A program made the translations under genes and the position numbers. A DNA stretch of 64,000 bases from Leucoraja erinacea (taxonomy: Eukaryota): NCBI RefSeq assembly GCF_028641065.1, contig NC_073396.1:18228001-18292000 (forward strand), written 5' to 3'. A model generated the notes under the pieces. That model saw only the letters and a program-made list of their open reading frames with translations, had not been told where the DNA came from and did no database searches. Of the stretch, positions 63,751 to 64,000 are shown piece by piece (the first letter of the stretch is position 1; each line of letters starts with the position of its first letter).

Positions 63751-64000
63751 CCTCCGCCTCCTTCACTCCCAAGGAATACAATCCCAGCCTATCCAGTTTT
63801 TCTTTTCCACTCAAGTCTTCCAGTCTCCCCAACACCCATGTGAATATTTTCTCAGTCCCCTCTAGCTTAATCAGAACTTTCCTCTTGCGTGGCAAAAAAC
63901 TGCATACAACTCTCCAATCGCAGCGTGACCATAGTTCCGTACAACTATAATGTGACGTCTCAACTCCTTTACGCAAAGACGCATAAAATTAGGTTAAGTG

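Noticed and set aside
1-64000. CRISPR array, operon or other prokaryotic/viral system
   Set aside because: No repeat-spacer arrays or gene-dense regions; the sequence is intron-rich vertebrate DNA.

Overview
AT-rich vertebrate genomic DNA. The repeat complement (HE1/V-SINE-like SINEs, CR1, Rex1/Babar, Penelope) suggests a cartilaginous fish such as a skate or ray; this is inference. The one host gene is RBBP6 on the + strand: a CpG-island promoter (~12.9-13.9 kb), a long 5' leader, and coding exons 1-10 (14319-62164) encoding the DWNN domain, CCHC zinc knuckle and RING finger. All splice phases join in frame and the gene runs past the window end. The rest is mostly decayed transposons, several with termini and target-site duplications I could read directly: Harbinger and hAT MITEs, an IR/DR Tc1, non-autonomous Helitrons and a bipartite RTE. 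Best leads: (1) an intronic Helitron carrying a CpG-rich, exon-like captured fragment; (2) a GC-AG intron inside the RING domain with a competing frameshifting GT donor; (3) a probable DWNN-only intronic-polyadenylation isoform; (4) Penelope-derived minimal hammerhead motifs; (5) a CR1>Tc1>RTE triple nesting. I cannot demonstrate a wholly new biological system from sequence alone. LINE and SINE boundaries are approximate.
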